A DNA stretch of 64,000 nucleotides, taken from the NCBI RefSeq assembly GCF_036321535.1, contig NC_087437.1, positions 120,096,001-120,160,000 on the forward strand. The letters are read 5' to 3'. The notes beneath the pieces are model-generated. The model was given only the letters and a program-made list of their open reading frames with translations, was not told the origin of the DNA and did no database searches. Positions 14,051-27,432 of this stretch are shown in pieces. The stretch comes from Camelus dromedarius. Taxonomy: Eukaryota. The translations under genes and the position numbers were made by a program. Position 1 is the stretch's first letter. Each line of letters starts with the position of its first letter.

Positions 14051-14579
14051 CACTATTTTATGTTTTTGTTTATATAAGATGAATTCATGGCTTCTTGCTT
14101 TGCTATAAAGGTTATAATCTTCTACTATCATTATTTTGATGGTAAAATGGCCCCAGATCAGGAATCAAGCTGGATCCTGTTACCTGAAAACTGGGTTCAC
14201 CTCTTGGTGGGTGTCGACAAAGAGCAGGAGAAGGAAGGATGGATGTATTATTCGCAGCAAGTACGGAGAACACTGGGGTTCTTCCTTGATTAGATTTATT
14301 CCTATGGATTTCATTCCTTGTGATTTGGGGAGTACATCTTCTGGTCCGTGAGCGTGGGGTATCTATCACTTTCGGTCGACTCTACTTTTCCCAGCCATGT
14401 TTTGTCAGTTTCAGAGTATCAGTTTTGCACTCAGTAACATCTTACAGTAAATGTCAAGTCCTCACCTTGTAAAAACAAGCCCGTTAGGGTCCGAGTTATT
14501 CCTCTGAGGGTCCTTCTCCACATCACCCCATCCTGCCTTCAGTTCTAGCAGTGTTACCACTAATAACAGCAACTAACCC

Positions 14580-14780
14580 TGCCCGTGCCAAGCACTGTTT
14601 ACCTAAGGAATCTTCATAACTATCTCAGGAGGTGGGTGCTGTTTAACCACCACTTTACAGAAGAGGACAATGAGGTGTGGAGAGGCTGAATGACTTGCCC
14701 AAGGTCTGCAGCTAATGGGGAGCAGAGCCGAGAGTCCACCCAGACGGCTGGACTCCGACGGCTCTGCTTCTCCCCAGTGA
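14580..14780. mobile_element. MIR SINE
   Basis: tttacagaagaggacaatgagg...tgacttgcccaaggtc core. Confidence 0.7.
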
Positions 14781-17700
14781 GCATCCTGCCCGTCTAGCCA
14801 CAGCAGTCAGCCCAACCTTGGTGTATGTTGGGTGGAACCGCATGAAATTGCTCATGTGTGACCATTTTTAAAATGTGGCAATTTTATTTGACTCAACTTG
14901 TTAAGAAAAAAAAAAAACAAACCCTGAGATTTGAAGCAGGTGCCTGGATATTTGTCCACCAGGTGCAGGTGGAGATTTTCTGAGTTTAACACTCTGCTGT
15001 GGAAGGTTTGAACACACTCCCCAAGGAAGCTCCCGCTGTGAATGAGCCAAGTTCGCTGGACGGGCCTGGCATCCTCTGAGCAAACGGCTGCAGTCTGTCC
15101 TGAGACAGGGGCCCTGTTTTGGGAGTGAGAGCTCCTGTGCTCTAAGTCCCAGGGAGGGGAATGGTAGGTCCCCCCAAGAGCCATTCTGTGCCATCTGCGT
15201 GAGCCATCCAGCCACCAGGAACCCGCCACCAGGACTGGGAGCCACTCTGACGTGCCTGGGCAGGGACCTCTCCAGACGGGCCACGTGGACTTGCCGTGGC
15301 TGTGTTCTCAGGCTCGTCCTGCTGCTCCTGGGACAGGTGCAAGGGAAAAAGGCCACCTGGTGGCCTCAGGACTGACTGGTAGAGAAGCTTCCATTGCATA
15401 AGACAAGGAGGGAGGAAGAGACCTTGAGCCGCAACGTCTTTGGACTTTAAAGGGGCAGGTGATTTTGGCTTTGGACGTGTCCTCTCTTAGGGTTGGACAT
15501 GGGAGGAGGGTCCCAGCTTCCCGGTTCTGCCGTCTCCAGCTGCTGGCTTTGTTCTCATCTGATCTCCTGCACAGCTGCACGGGAGCCTCCCTGGACAGTG
15601 GGACTGAGCTCAGGGGAGGTGGGTGGATGGGGGGTGAAGTTTCAGCCTTGGCCTCAGGGCAGCCCTTGAGTTGATTACTGCATGGTTCTCACCTGTTCAA
15701 AACGTTCTTGGGGCGAAGCCAACCGTCCATCCGTGGAACAAGAGAGGTGGGTGGGGTACTGGCCTGTGCATGAGGGAGGGCAGCCTTAAGGAATGTCCCT
15801 TCCCCAGCACTCCAGACCCCCAGTGAGCTTCTGCCCAGTGGGCTGGGAGAGAACACTGAGGAACCCCAGTGGGGGGGCCCTCCAGTATTGTGTGTCCCAC
15901 TACGGTGCTGCTCCCCCTTCCCCGTGTGTCCCTCTTTCCTGGGAGAGGAGAGTAGGGTGTCTGCTGAGCGGAAGACCTTGACTGTCCATATTTCCCACCT
16001 GCAGGACACTGATCAGTTTAAAAGGTGTGCACCCTGGGGACTGGCTTTTCCCTCTCCCCTCCTCCGGCCGACAGGAGGCTGTGCGAGCTGTCCCTCGGGT
16101 GGGCTGCCCCAGCGTCAAATGGGGGCGGCATGACAAGTTCTATGGGCCTTAAAACCCAAATTCCTCTTCATTCAGCTTTATCGGTAATAAAGTTGATTAG
16201 GAAAAAAAAAAGATCTACTGAGGTTAAAGCCCATGGAGCTAACGTGGAACCCCCCTCTCACCCGCCAGCAGGTTCTGCTGTCTCTGGTTCATTCCGAGCA
16301 TATGTGAGGCACAAGGAGGTGTAACCGTTACGGGATGGAAGAGAATCTGGAAATGGACCCGTCTACACGAGTGGTCAACTGACTCAGCTCTTCAGGGGAA
16401 GGCTGTGGTTTTTTCCCACAATAAAGGTTGCTGGAAAATCATCAGCCTCACACCACACACACAGAACAATGGGAGAGGAGTCCTAGCCCACAATAAGCTT
16501 GCAGTAAAGCCAGAGTATCAGCAGGAACTCGGGAGGCAAAGACGCCTTAACCAGGACCCAGAAAGCGCTGTCCAGGAAAGAAATATTGCTGAACTGGATC
16601 ACTTACGTCTGAAGACAGGTGTTCATCAAAACACAGCACTGAGAGGGAAAAGGAAGTCAGGGACCAGGGTAGATGTTTGCAACCCACAACAGCAAAGGTA
16701 CTGAGCCCCTAGAAATAGACAGGAAATGAACCCACAACAGACTGTGTATTGAACCCCTAGAAATAAACAGGAAAGAGACAGATGACTGTTTTAAGATGGG
16801 CAGAGACTTGAACGGGGGCTCCACAGAATTATGAAAGCGCCCATAGTGTGAAATGACGCTGACCGTAGTCCTCTGTGGACGATGTGTGGGGTGAAGCCGG
16901 GGTCCCATCACTGCACCACCTCCAGAAGAGCCAGACCACAAAGGGACCAGAGACCGTCCATCCCAGACTCCACCGCCTTGCCCCCACCTTCGAGGTCCAA
17001 ACTGCCCTCCCCTCCTGCTGGGACCAGAGTGGTGGCTTCCACCTTGGCCCCTCCTGCACTCCTGCTGTGGTCAGCCTCCTCGCCACCCTGCAGTGAGAGA
17101 CCCTTTAAAAAATACAAAGCAGAACATAGCACCCTCCCATTGCAGGTCCTCCCCCAGCCCAAGAGGCCCTGTGAGATGTCGCCCTGACTCTCCTCCCGGC
17201 GTGTTGTGCCTTGAACGTGCAATGGAAGACGCCGTTGCCACGCAGTGTCCCAGGACCCCTCCCTCTGGCGCCCTCTGTGCGCAGCCCTTCCGTGGCCGTG
17301 TGACTTGCTCTGACCGACGGTGTGGAAGGAAGTTTGTGCCTCATTCTGACCAGAGGCTTAGAGAGCCAGCAGGGAGCTGCTCTCTGCGCCGGCGGGCTGG
17401 CTGGCAGGGCTCCATCCGGGGAGGGGGGTGCTGCCCACCAGCCCCAGCGGCCACCCTGAGGGAAGAGGGCAGCGATGGCAGTGGCAGCAGCCGGCCCCGG
17501 ATGGACATGTGGGGCGAGTGGGAAATGAGGGTTACGTGTTTCCACAGCACAGCCTGGTGCCAGCCTGTCCTGATCACACCCGTCCAAGCTCATTCTTGCC
17601 TCAGGGAGTTTGTCCCCACTGACCCCTCCCCCAGCCGGTCAGCTGCACTGGGAACACACATGAGCTACTCGATCCCTTTCTCACCACGTCCACATGCCTC

Positions 17701-20700
17701 CAGCTGCAAATTCCCAGTCAGCTGCGTCCAACAACACACGGAGAGCTGCAGACGAGCTGAGCCAAAGCAAGGAGAGAAGATACGTGGTGTCTTGGTTTAT
17801 ATGAAATTCAAAAGCAGGCAAAGCTGCAGTGCTCGGTGAGGCCTCTGTGGAGACTAAGATAATACAACCAAAGCGAAGCAAGCCGGTGGCCACAAATACC
17901 GAGACGGTGGCCCCCTCCAGGAAGGGCCGGGAGGGCCGGCCGGGCGCGGGCCGGCGCGGCTGCTTCCTGGCTGGGCCAGCCCTCCGGCAGTGTGCGTGGC
18001 CCGACGGGCCTCTAGGTATCGTGCGGTCACATCACGCCGCTCCTTTTTAGAAACATGACAGCCCCGGAGCTGGCTGAGAGAGAGGACACAAACGGGACCG
18101 GGAGTCTCCTGAGAAGGCTTCGGCAGGACAGACGAAGTGTCTGTAAAAGCCCCAGAATAAACCCCACTTACCTCTGGCTTATTTATCTTGACAGGCCGCT
18201 GTATTCTATCTGCTAATATTGAAGTTTGGACTTTGGCATCCACAGTCAGAACTGCGGCTCCCCTGCAGTTTTCTGGGTGTGTGTGTGTGTGTCCTATTTC
18301 CGTGGGGCTTTATCAGTATCATACTCACTTCGTATGAAGAATTTGGAAGCTGTCCATTTCCCGATGGGAGAAACAAGCAACACCAATTTGGGTCGATGAG
18401 ACGGGAGATGCTGGGTGTCTTGGGGGAAAGTGTCTTTCCTGTCAGTGTGAGGTCCAGAGGAGCTGGAGTCTTGCTGTGCAAACCTGTGCGGGGTGAGACG
18501 AGCAGGCAGCTGTGCCCCGATTCAGTCAGGTGGCCCCGTGGGGACGTACACAGGGGCCTAGGGGCTCACCACGGTGGCAGAACCGAACTGCAGTTCTCTG
18601 CTGATCCTGAACAAACCCATCTTTGCTGGAGAAGTAACTGCAGTCTGTTTGCTTCAGGTCAACACAGCCAAACACCGTCCATCGCTGTTGCTGAAACTCG
18701 CTCCGGGGCAGCCTGACCAACGCACGCAGTGCTCCCCGGAACCGTTCCCTCCTGCTCCTCAGGTTATGCGGACTAACTGGGATGAAAAGCCTGCTTGCTT
18801 GCTCCAGCAAGGTCCCTGTTCTTGCTGCTTTGTTCCACGTCCCTTGGCCGGTGTCTGGATTGGCAGGGACACTTCAACCTCCCAGGCAAGCTTGAGTTGC
18901 CACTTCCAAAGCCTTCAGAGCCGAACCCCTGCTCCCCTGGACGGGCCCCAGCCCTCTCCCCACTTGCTTGTCTGGACCTGAGCTCCTGGAGCGCCCAGGC
19001 TGCTGGCTGCCTCCTTCTACCCTGACCGCCTCTCCAGGGGGGAGCCTGGCTTAGTTTTGCCCTGAAACGCCAGCCAGAATGTTCTAAGTGCCAACTAGGC
19101 ATTTATTCTGTCTTGCTCACTTTTGGCATACAACACATGCCTGACGGACGGTGCTGCCAAACCCTGGGACCAAGGAGATCTGAAAAGGAAGGCACCGTGG
19201 GCTTGCTCAGGGCTAAGCCTGCTCAGGGGCTGTGCTCTCCTGAGGTGGCAGTGTGGGAAGGCCCTTAGGTGGCCGGGGCAACCCAAGTGCACAAGAGGTA
19301 CGCACCTGGGGCTTCATCACAATTTCTCTACTTTGAGTATGTTTAAAACTCTTCATCATTAAAAAAAAAAAAAGTTTTTTCATGAAATGATGGGTGAAAT
19401 TTGATGGGAGCCATTTACAAAGTCCCACTCGGGCAGATCAGAAGTTGAGAACCCCATGCTGACCACTGGGATTGTTTCTTTGGGGAAATTTTCATGGCCC
19501 GTGAAAACGCCCACATCTGGGAACCAGTGGACAAAACAAAGCGCCGCCTTATTATGTCAGTCCCACGCGAGTCCCATGTGACATTCTAACTGCCAAGACC
19601 CGCCTGACTTCCCATCACAAAGGCTCCAGGAGCGCATTTATAATACCAGTGTTCTCTGTGCTTTGAAAAGAATTTTTTTTTTTTTTTAAAGAAATCATTT
19701 GCCATTTTACCCCCTTTCGGTAAATCAGGACTCCTGAACTGAGAAGCGGGGAAGTGATGACCACTGAGCTCGGGAACCGCAGAGACCACATCAGTAACCT
19801 TTTCTCCAATACGATTTCACTCGAAGCAAATTTCCTCCAACTCACAGGGCACTGGTGACCTGTCATTAAGGTTTGAAACATCTAAAACGAGTTTTATCTA
19901 TTCTACGCACAGGCACAGGGCAAGCCCATTACACCTGTGTTACAAGCTAAAGTCTAGAGAGCTAACTGAAATAATTCAACCCAACTGTTGAATGAAATGT
20001 GTCGGCACCTCACTTAAAAGACTTTTTCAGCAGCTCTTCTCCACTTGGCTTTAGTCTTAAAGTACATCACGTAACAGGAAAAGAGACAGTGATATTTGGG
20101 CCTGAACGCACTACACATTGCAATGATTTCAAGTGGCTTTTCTTTCGGGACCACAGGCTGCACGGCTCATCTCCTGAGCTGCTCTTCGCCGACTGGGGTC
20201 CGAGCACGTCCGAGCCAGCGGCAGCCCCAGGGGCACCTCTGGGCACAAACTGCCCCCGGCAGCCTCCCACTCCGGGCCTGCGCTGAGGTGTGGCGGGACT
20301 CCTCCTACACTTGGTAACCTCCTCTTTCTTACTTCGGTGGCAATGTTTTCAAGACACTTTTGATGGGATTTTCCGTCTGTTTTAAACAGACGTTCACAAT
20401 AGGTGATTCTAATCAGAGTTAAGAAATACACATTTTTGCCACACTCCCGCCTTCAGATGCAGTGGAAGTGACTCAACTCTGACCAAACTTAAGTAGAAAA
20501 TCTGAAGTGTTGGTACTTTTTTGGGAGTATGGAAAATGAGACGATTTAAACAAAACCTCGTAGATCACCAACTCAAAGTGGCATTAATTTATCTAGAATC
20601 ACCTGCCTACTATTGCAAAAAATATATAAAAATTTCAACATCAAACCTGAACAAAACTAATAGTTCAATCACTAGAATCACTTTTTATAGTTCCATCAAA

Positions 20701-21581
20701 TAAAAACTGACTTTTATGAAACAGACTTGTCAAATACGTACTATTTCCTCCCAGACACTCACCAGGTGTGCAGTTAGGGTTTAACGGGCTCGAACACGAC
20801 TCCCCGAGCTCCCAGCACTAGTGAAGGGAGACCGAGCGGGCGCCGACCAGGGCAGCGTGTGGGCAACTCCCTCTGGAGATGCTGTGATGAAACAGGGATG
20901 CCAGCAGTGTCGTGTGATGGTCACCTGGGACCACGTGTTGGTCTGCCTTTGGCTAAGACTTTCTCTTACAAGAAACTGTTCCCAGCCAAGGCGCAGCCGT
21001 GGTGGCCACAAGTCACCGCCAGCACACTGCCCCGGGCCGCCATGATGAAGACAGTTTGGGAAGGTGACACCAGACAGCAAGGAGGCAGATCTGGGCACAC
21101 ATTCCTGTGTCTGCTGTCGTCTTCATGGTTTGTGACACAGCAACCAGTTAATGGAGAAGGACACGAGAGCGGCTTGAACACGCTCCCGTTTCATGAGCCA
21201 CTTGGGTTCCAGGAGCAAAACCAGAGGCCGCATGGATGAGAAACCTAACACTGGCAGGTCCACGCCTGCGCTGCATCAAAAGACTGGCTTCCCTGTAAAC
21301 GCCAACACAGCCCGCAGCTTCTACCCCCGTCCATGCAACAGCTTCAGAATAGGAATACTGGATTACTTGTTTATACACAGACAACCAGACCGGGCTTTTC
21401 CTCACACCGCTCTCCCCGTAACTGGCAGGCACTCTCCCCCCGACGCGGTTCACCTGCACCGCGCGTGACGGGCTAAGAGCCTCACCGCGAGGGCCGGTGC
21501 CGTGCAGCTCCGCGAAGGAAGACTTCAAGCAAACGCTTTCCGCAGAAATAAGGTACACGAGAACACTGTATCACTACAAAT

Positions 21582-21587
21582 TTTATT
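21582..21587 (-). terminator. U2AF1: U2AF1 polyadenylation signal AATAAA
   Basis: tttatt on plus strand, ~115 nt past the stop codon. Confidence 0.85.
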
Positions 21588-21701
21588 CAGAAACCCATCT
21601 TTGTTTTTTTTTGTTGTTTTTTAAAAAAAATTCCCATTATGAACTGGTTTGGTCAATCGACTACAACACTTTCTAGCAGACATACGTAAAAACGGCATGG
21701 C

Positions 21702-21840
21702 TCAGAACCGCCCCGATCTCTCCCGATCTCTCGACCGCCTCCTGTCGCGCTCCCGTCCCCCGCCGCCGCCGCCGCCGCCGCCTCGACCACGGTCTCTCGA
21801 CCGAGAGCGACGCTCCCGGGACCGGGACCTTGACCTATGC
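21702..21840 (-). CDS. U2AF1: U2AF35 exon 8 (RS domain, poly-Gly, stop)
   Basis: ttgcag acceptor; HRSRSRSRERRSRSRDRGR-G9-RERDRRRSRDRERSGRF*; TGA at 21704-21702. Confidence 0.98.
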
Positions 21841-22862
21841 CTGCAACCAAGGGCGAGAAGCAGACCATGGCTTCCGAGCCAACACGTGTGGCATGAGATC
21901 ACACTCGTGACACTTTCAAATAAATAATACAGCTCATCGAACTGATGACACCAGTGAAAAAGGGAGATGCTGCCAATTAAGGCACAAGCTGAAGCTGTCA
22001 GATGTGCCCGCCCTGATTCCAGACGCTCGAGCGTCAGGGATAAAAAGTGGCATCTTGGAATGGAAGAGGAGGACATCTTCTGTTTCTTCTTCTGTGGTGC
22101 CAACTCCCATGACCGAGGGAATCAGGATCAGGACTGAACTGGACCTGCACACCCCTCACCCCACCCCCGACCCCGGCCTCAGGTCCCCAGAACCGAGCTG
22201 CCGCCCCCGCCGCCGCCCCCAGCTACACTGAGCTCAGCTGCGGTGTCTGCCAGGCCCGCTGTGGGGGTGGGGAGAGCAGGCCCTTCTGTGCTGCTTTTAG
22301 TGGACAACGAAACAATCACCAGCAGCGTCTGCATTGCCAAATGCATGCTTAACGGGAGAGGGCATGACAGCCCCTCTGGGGTCACGACTCAACTGAGTGG
22401 GCAAGTGACTCCCTACGCTGACATCTTGGTGTTTGCTCTGCTCTGTGACGTGACCGCCCACACTGAAGCACCCGGACCACTAACCTGACTGTTGGTGGTT
22501 CGCAGGGCAGTGCCCCTACCCCCACAAAGAAACCTGCCCAACCTGTAAAAACCAAGAAACCCCAATGGAAATATGCAGCCCGTGAAGTCTGGATATCCAT
22601 CTGAGGACACACATTGTGTAAATAAACCCGATTTTAATGGTGACCTGCTTAACGGCTCCCTCAGTTACTAAGGTCTGATCTACTTGAGAAGGTGTGTGTG
22701 CATGGAATGTGCTTCCAGTGTACACTTCCATATTCTCAAATACTTGCTACATTCTAAGCACTGCCTTTTAAAGAAGAGAAATGCACCAGGCCAACCTTCA
22801 CCTTGAAAATACTATTTTGGTTACACTTACACACAGAGTCACGGACACACTTAAATACTCAC

Positions 22863-22955
22863 TTCTTGCGACGGCGCCCGTACAACTCCCGCCGCAGCTC
22901 CCGAGAAATGGGCTTCAGATGCATGAAGTTGCAGAAGCCTCCTCGCGTGCACTCT
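22863..22955 (-). CDS. U2AF1: U2AF35 exon 7
   Basis: 93 nt; [30 protein letters not shown]; tccag / gtgagt. Confidence 0.98.
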
Positions 22956-23044
22956 CTGGAGGGAGAGCCAGAGGGTCACACCGTGCGCGCACACGCTCCC
23001 CCAACCTTCCCAGGCGTGGGCCGTGAGGCCTGCCCCACACCTAC

Positions 23045-23178
23045 CCCATCTCGTACTGCCGGCAGCAGGCTTCTCTGAAGTCGGTCACGGGGGAGAGCTC
23101 GGCGTGGATGGGCTGCCCGTTAAACCAGCGGTTGTTCAAGTCAATCACAGCCTTTTCCGCATCCTCTTCACGGCGAAA
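23045..23178 (-). CDS. U2AF1: U2AF35 exon 6 (Q157 codon CAG at 23058-23056)
   Basis: 134 nt; FRREEDAEKAVIDLNNRWFNGQPIHAELSPVTDFREACCRQYEMG. Confidence 0.98.
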
Positions 23179-23695
23179 CTGAAAAGACAAGACAGAAACA
23201 CTTGCCACCTGCGCTTTGGTCAGAAGTGTTCTCGATGACCGATTCAAATACACATCATGTGCTCCTCAGGGCAAGCGATTAAGAGGAACAACGTTACAGA
23301 TCAATTGAAGAAGCAGACACTCACTTCTTTACTCACGATCACTCAGCTTTGCAGTGGGCCCAAATCACACCAAATATGCCATCTTGGTTTTCAAATTCAA
23401 TTGGTTAAGAGAACAAACGTAGCGATTTGTGCAGGTGGTGAAAGTTTTATTTTAAAAAAAGGGAAAAAGAAACCAAACACATAAGCAGCTTCCTCTCCCT
23501 GGTCCAACAGCCCGAGATACAGACGGCCGGGGTGTGGCATCCCCAGGCCGCTGACAGAGGGCTGAGCCAGCGCAGCGGAGTCCACCGGCCGGCGTGAGCG
23601 CCACCTGGCCGCCAGGCAGCCCCAGGGGCAGGCGCCCCTCACTCCTGACCCCTGGCCAGCCGGGAAACGGATGCCACGAGCCGCCTCAGTCCTAC

Positions 23696-23794
23696 CTTGA
23701 CGTACACATTCCCCACGAGGTGGTCTCCAAGGTTGTCACAGACGTTCATCTCCTCCACCTCCCCGTACTTCTCCTCCATCTCCGTGAAAACCTC
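23696..23794 (-). CDS. U2AF1: U2AF35 exon 5
   Basis: 99 nt; EVFTEMEEKYGEVEEMNVCDNLGDHLVGNVYVK; AG/GT. Confidence 0.98.
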
Positions 23795-23925
23795 CTGTCG
23801 GGGAGGACACGGGTTTAAGGGCTACAGTACAGAGGAGAGCCACTGAACAGAACACGGGCAAGCATCTTCATCATGGGGGAGAAGCTCCAATCCCTCCCAG
23901 GAAAGGGGGGCAGCCAGCAGCTCAC

Positions 23926-23975
23926 CTCAAAGAACTCATCATAGTGCTCCTGCATCTCCACGTCGCTCACGGCAC
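23926..23975 (-). CDS. U2AF1: U2AF35 exon 4
   Basis: 50 nt; (C)AVSDVEMQEHYDEFFE; tgcag / gtgag. Confidence 0.98.
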
Positions 23976-26900
23976 CTGCAGACAACAGAGATCTTGCTGG
24001 TCAGAGCGGGGACCGCGGCCTGGGCTCTCGAGCTTAAACTCAAACTGCTACAGTGACACACATGAGATTGTCTAGAGAGAGAACGAGGGCTGCCCCAGCG
24101 GAGCACTGACGACACTGCGTGACACGGCTATGTGTGACAATTTCAACGTGTGCTGAGGTTTTTAAATGCCCCTTATGACAGTCTCAATCTGGCCATTAAA
24201 ATACTGAAATCACAACAGGTTTTAATCAGCATCAAAGGGCCATCATTTTCAGAAAGTCTGAGGAAAAGCTGACTCTCAAGGAGATTTTAAAGGAAGATTT
24301 CTTCCTCTTTAGATTTAAAGTAGAGGCTAAGTAATCACACTGATTTTTCACCTTTCAATTGACTAGAATGAAAGCTGAAACCAGGGTAAGTGATCAAAAA
24401 CGTATGATTCCTGACTAATTTCTTTTACCGATTATCAGCCACACAGAATGTTACATGACTGTTTCTGATGCGATTAAAACCCAATGACTGAAAATAAAGA
24501 CTCAGTAAGATAATTGTTCAATGGCAGTCCTCTGAAGGCCCTCTTTTGCATAAAGGGAGAGTTACAATGCTTTGTTGAAGAAAGCATCATTTTGTATTTC
24601 AAACTATTTTCATCAAGTTTATTCTTTATAATCCACAGGCACTAAGTGAAACCACGCCCACTGTGCGGACAGACTTTGCAAATTTACATTCTATCCTCAT
24701 CGTCATTCTGCCAAATGTTACCATTCAAACTCCGTAAAGTTCTCCGCGCCCAAATCGGAGAAAGCACAAAGCTGGCATGTCGTAAGTGGGCGTTCCAAAC
24801 AGCCAGGCCAGGGAGTGGCTTGGAGGCTGGGCCGCCCTCCTGGACTGGTGGCCTCCTCCGGGCGCCCTGCCCGGGCCCTGGCTGTGGGCCCTCTCCACTC
24901 TGTGCTGCCTCGGAGAAGCTCCCTGGCTCTCTTGAAAACCTTTTTACTTTTACGGTAAGAACTAATAACTTCAATCTTTTGATTCTGACAATGATTTGAG
25001 TTCCCTTTCTAGTCATGGGGAGGGAGGTGTCCCTGCATTTTAGTTATTTTTGGATTTCCAGGAACCCCGCCTGTTTGAGAACACACAACATACTGAATGC
25101 ATCAGGCAGCATCGGCTACTCCTGACAGCGCATCCCAGTTTAAAGCTATCATGAACGTACCTCCTTTCCTGAGGGGAAATCGAGTTCCAAACAACAGAGA
25201 AGCTAGTCAAGAGGAGCCCATTCCAAAGGGCAGAGTTTAATATTTAAAACTAACTTCCTTCTCCACATCAGAAGAAACGAGAAGACAAAAATATCTACAC
25301 GCTCAAAGTTTTAGCAACATTGAGAGTAAGTTTTGGTGACTGTTAAAATGCTGTCTGTATTCACGGCACTTCTGTTCTGTCACTATATAGCAGAGCACTG
25401 TATTTCAGCAACTCATGCAAAGTTGCTCTTTGAAAACACCTGACAATGGGCACATTTTATCTTCTATACTCTTTAATTTTTTGAGTCAATCAACATGATG
25501 TGAAAGGCAGAGATGAGCAATTAAAAAACTGATCAACTGAAACATTTACAGGACTTAATATATTTTAAATACAATTCAAAAATACCCAGTTTTCTCACAG
25601 AAATGTTCTTAAACTAGGGTTCTGTACATGTAAGTTTAATCCAAGAGTAGAAAGCTGACTTTCCTACAGATAAAAGGGAATTTTAAAAAGAGCCAGTAAC
25701 TTTAGGAAACTGAGGAACCTCGCTGGCTGGCATTCTGTCTGGCCTGCTGCCAAATAGTTTAGGTTTATCAACTTAAACTGACATTCTTCCTAAATTGTAG
25801 CATCAGAATTTCACTTAATTTATACAATCTGGACCCCAGAACTGTAATATTTAGCACAGCTAAACTTTTATTTTGTAGCATACGCAAAACAAGAGTGCTG
25901 TGAATCACATATATAGACACAAAAAATAAATACAACATTCTTCTGTCAATAAAACATGTGCGCATCCCCAGGAAAACCGCCAGGGCAAAGACTGATTAAC
26001 TGCTGCCACTCAGCCATCTACTTTTCACTTTTTCCCCAGGGTAGGGCTGTTACAAAAATTGTTTAGTAAGTCCACAGAGAAACAGTTTCCTCCACCTATT
26101 GCTCTTATTTCTTTAAAAAAACCAAACCAAACAAAAACCAGGCATTTTAAACCAAGGACTACCAAGTAAATCCTGCTCCCATCAGATTCAGGGAAAGAAG
26201 TTAATTCTCTGTCAGGTCAGCATCAGCATCAAAACCACCGAGCGTCTTGGCAGGGAGACTGTACACACCCCCACCCCAGACACGGCGCCGCCCACGCACA
26301 GGTGCACAGCCCGGAGGCCTCCCAGCGCAGGGCCAGCCTGAGTGGGTAGTGGCTGCTGGGACCAGGTCACCTACAGCCTGAGGGGCTCCAGGCCAAGGGC
26401 GTGTCTGACTCAGGTCTGGGGCCACCCACGGGTACCTTATGATATTATTTTGTGATCTATGTTTTTCACAGTTTTAAAACAGATTGGTGAATGAGAAACA
26501 TCTACCTTTTGGTTTGGACCCCTTGATTCTTGATTTTAAGATGAGTCCAGGATGCTCATTTCAATTTATCCATAGGTGACTAAATTTCTTCTACAGCTTA
26601 AGAGTTATAAACCTGAAATTTTAGTTTCTTTAACTTTCCAACAACAGCAATATTAACCCTGTTCTCTAAATGCTACCCCTCGGGAAATACAATACTCATA
26701 ACTCAAAATGAGTGTTTCCCAACGTGGGAAGAAACCGGCAGTGTCCACGGGACGCCCAGTTTAGCCCTGCTCCCTACCGAGCATCCTTTACTTTCCAAAC
26801 GCAGTAAGCTAACTCCTGACGTTGGAGCTAGCCACGTAAAGTACGTTAGTGAAACCTGAGTCAGCACAGGGCTGGTGGTGAAGGGAAACTTGGGGTCAGT

Positions 26901-27365
26901 GCACCTTGTGGGGCCCTCATTTGGGAAACACTTTCAGAGCAGTGCTCTCACAATGAAAAGCATGATCTACAAAATGGAGTCTCAGGGACAAAAAAAGTTT
27001 AGTAAGAAATAAAATCTGAAAAATAACTTCAGAGCACTTTTTCTGTAAGTCAGAGAACGTTCACTCTTACGGGGGAAGAATGTGGCCACACGTTTAAGCC
27101 GCCACGTTCTCCCTGATGACAGCCAAGGGCAGGGAGGGCAGCAGCTCCAAGCTCTTGTTGAGGACGCCCTCTCCAGTCCCTTTCTTCCTTCCTAAGTAAG
27201 TGGGTTCAAATAGCAAACAGAGGCTTCCACGGGGTCGGTGGGACAAGCTCTCGACACCGCTAATGAAAGGTGGTCCTTGACGCTACAGTGCAGACCAGAT
27301 GGAGTTGACACTGAGCTCTGACACGCAAGCCCAGGGAACCAGGGAAGGAACTTGTATGAACTTAC

Positions 27366-27432
27366 AGCGCAAACCGTCAGCAGACTGGGAAGAGTTTTGA
27401 GGGTTACGGTAAATGTTCAAGAGGGCAATGGT
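27366..27432 (-). CDS. U2AF1: U2AF35 exon 3 (isoform a), mutually exclusive
   Basis: 67 nt; TIALLNIYRNPQNSSQSADGLR; ttcag / gtaagt. Confidence 0.97.

Noticed and set aside
16680..16775. ~48-nt imperfect tandem duplication
   Set aside because: Lies within a decayed L1-like fragment; no sign of function.
17093..17839. 248-aa ORF between CBS and U2AF1
   Set aside because: No recognisable protein, starts at GTG, and ends in an L1-like fragment.
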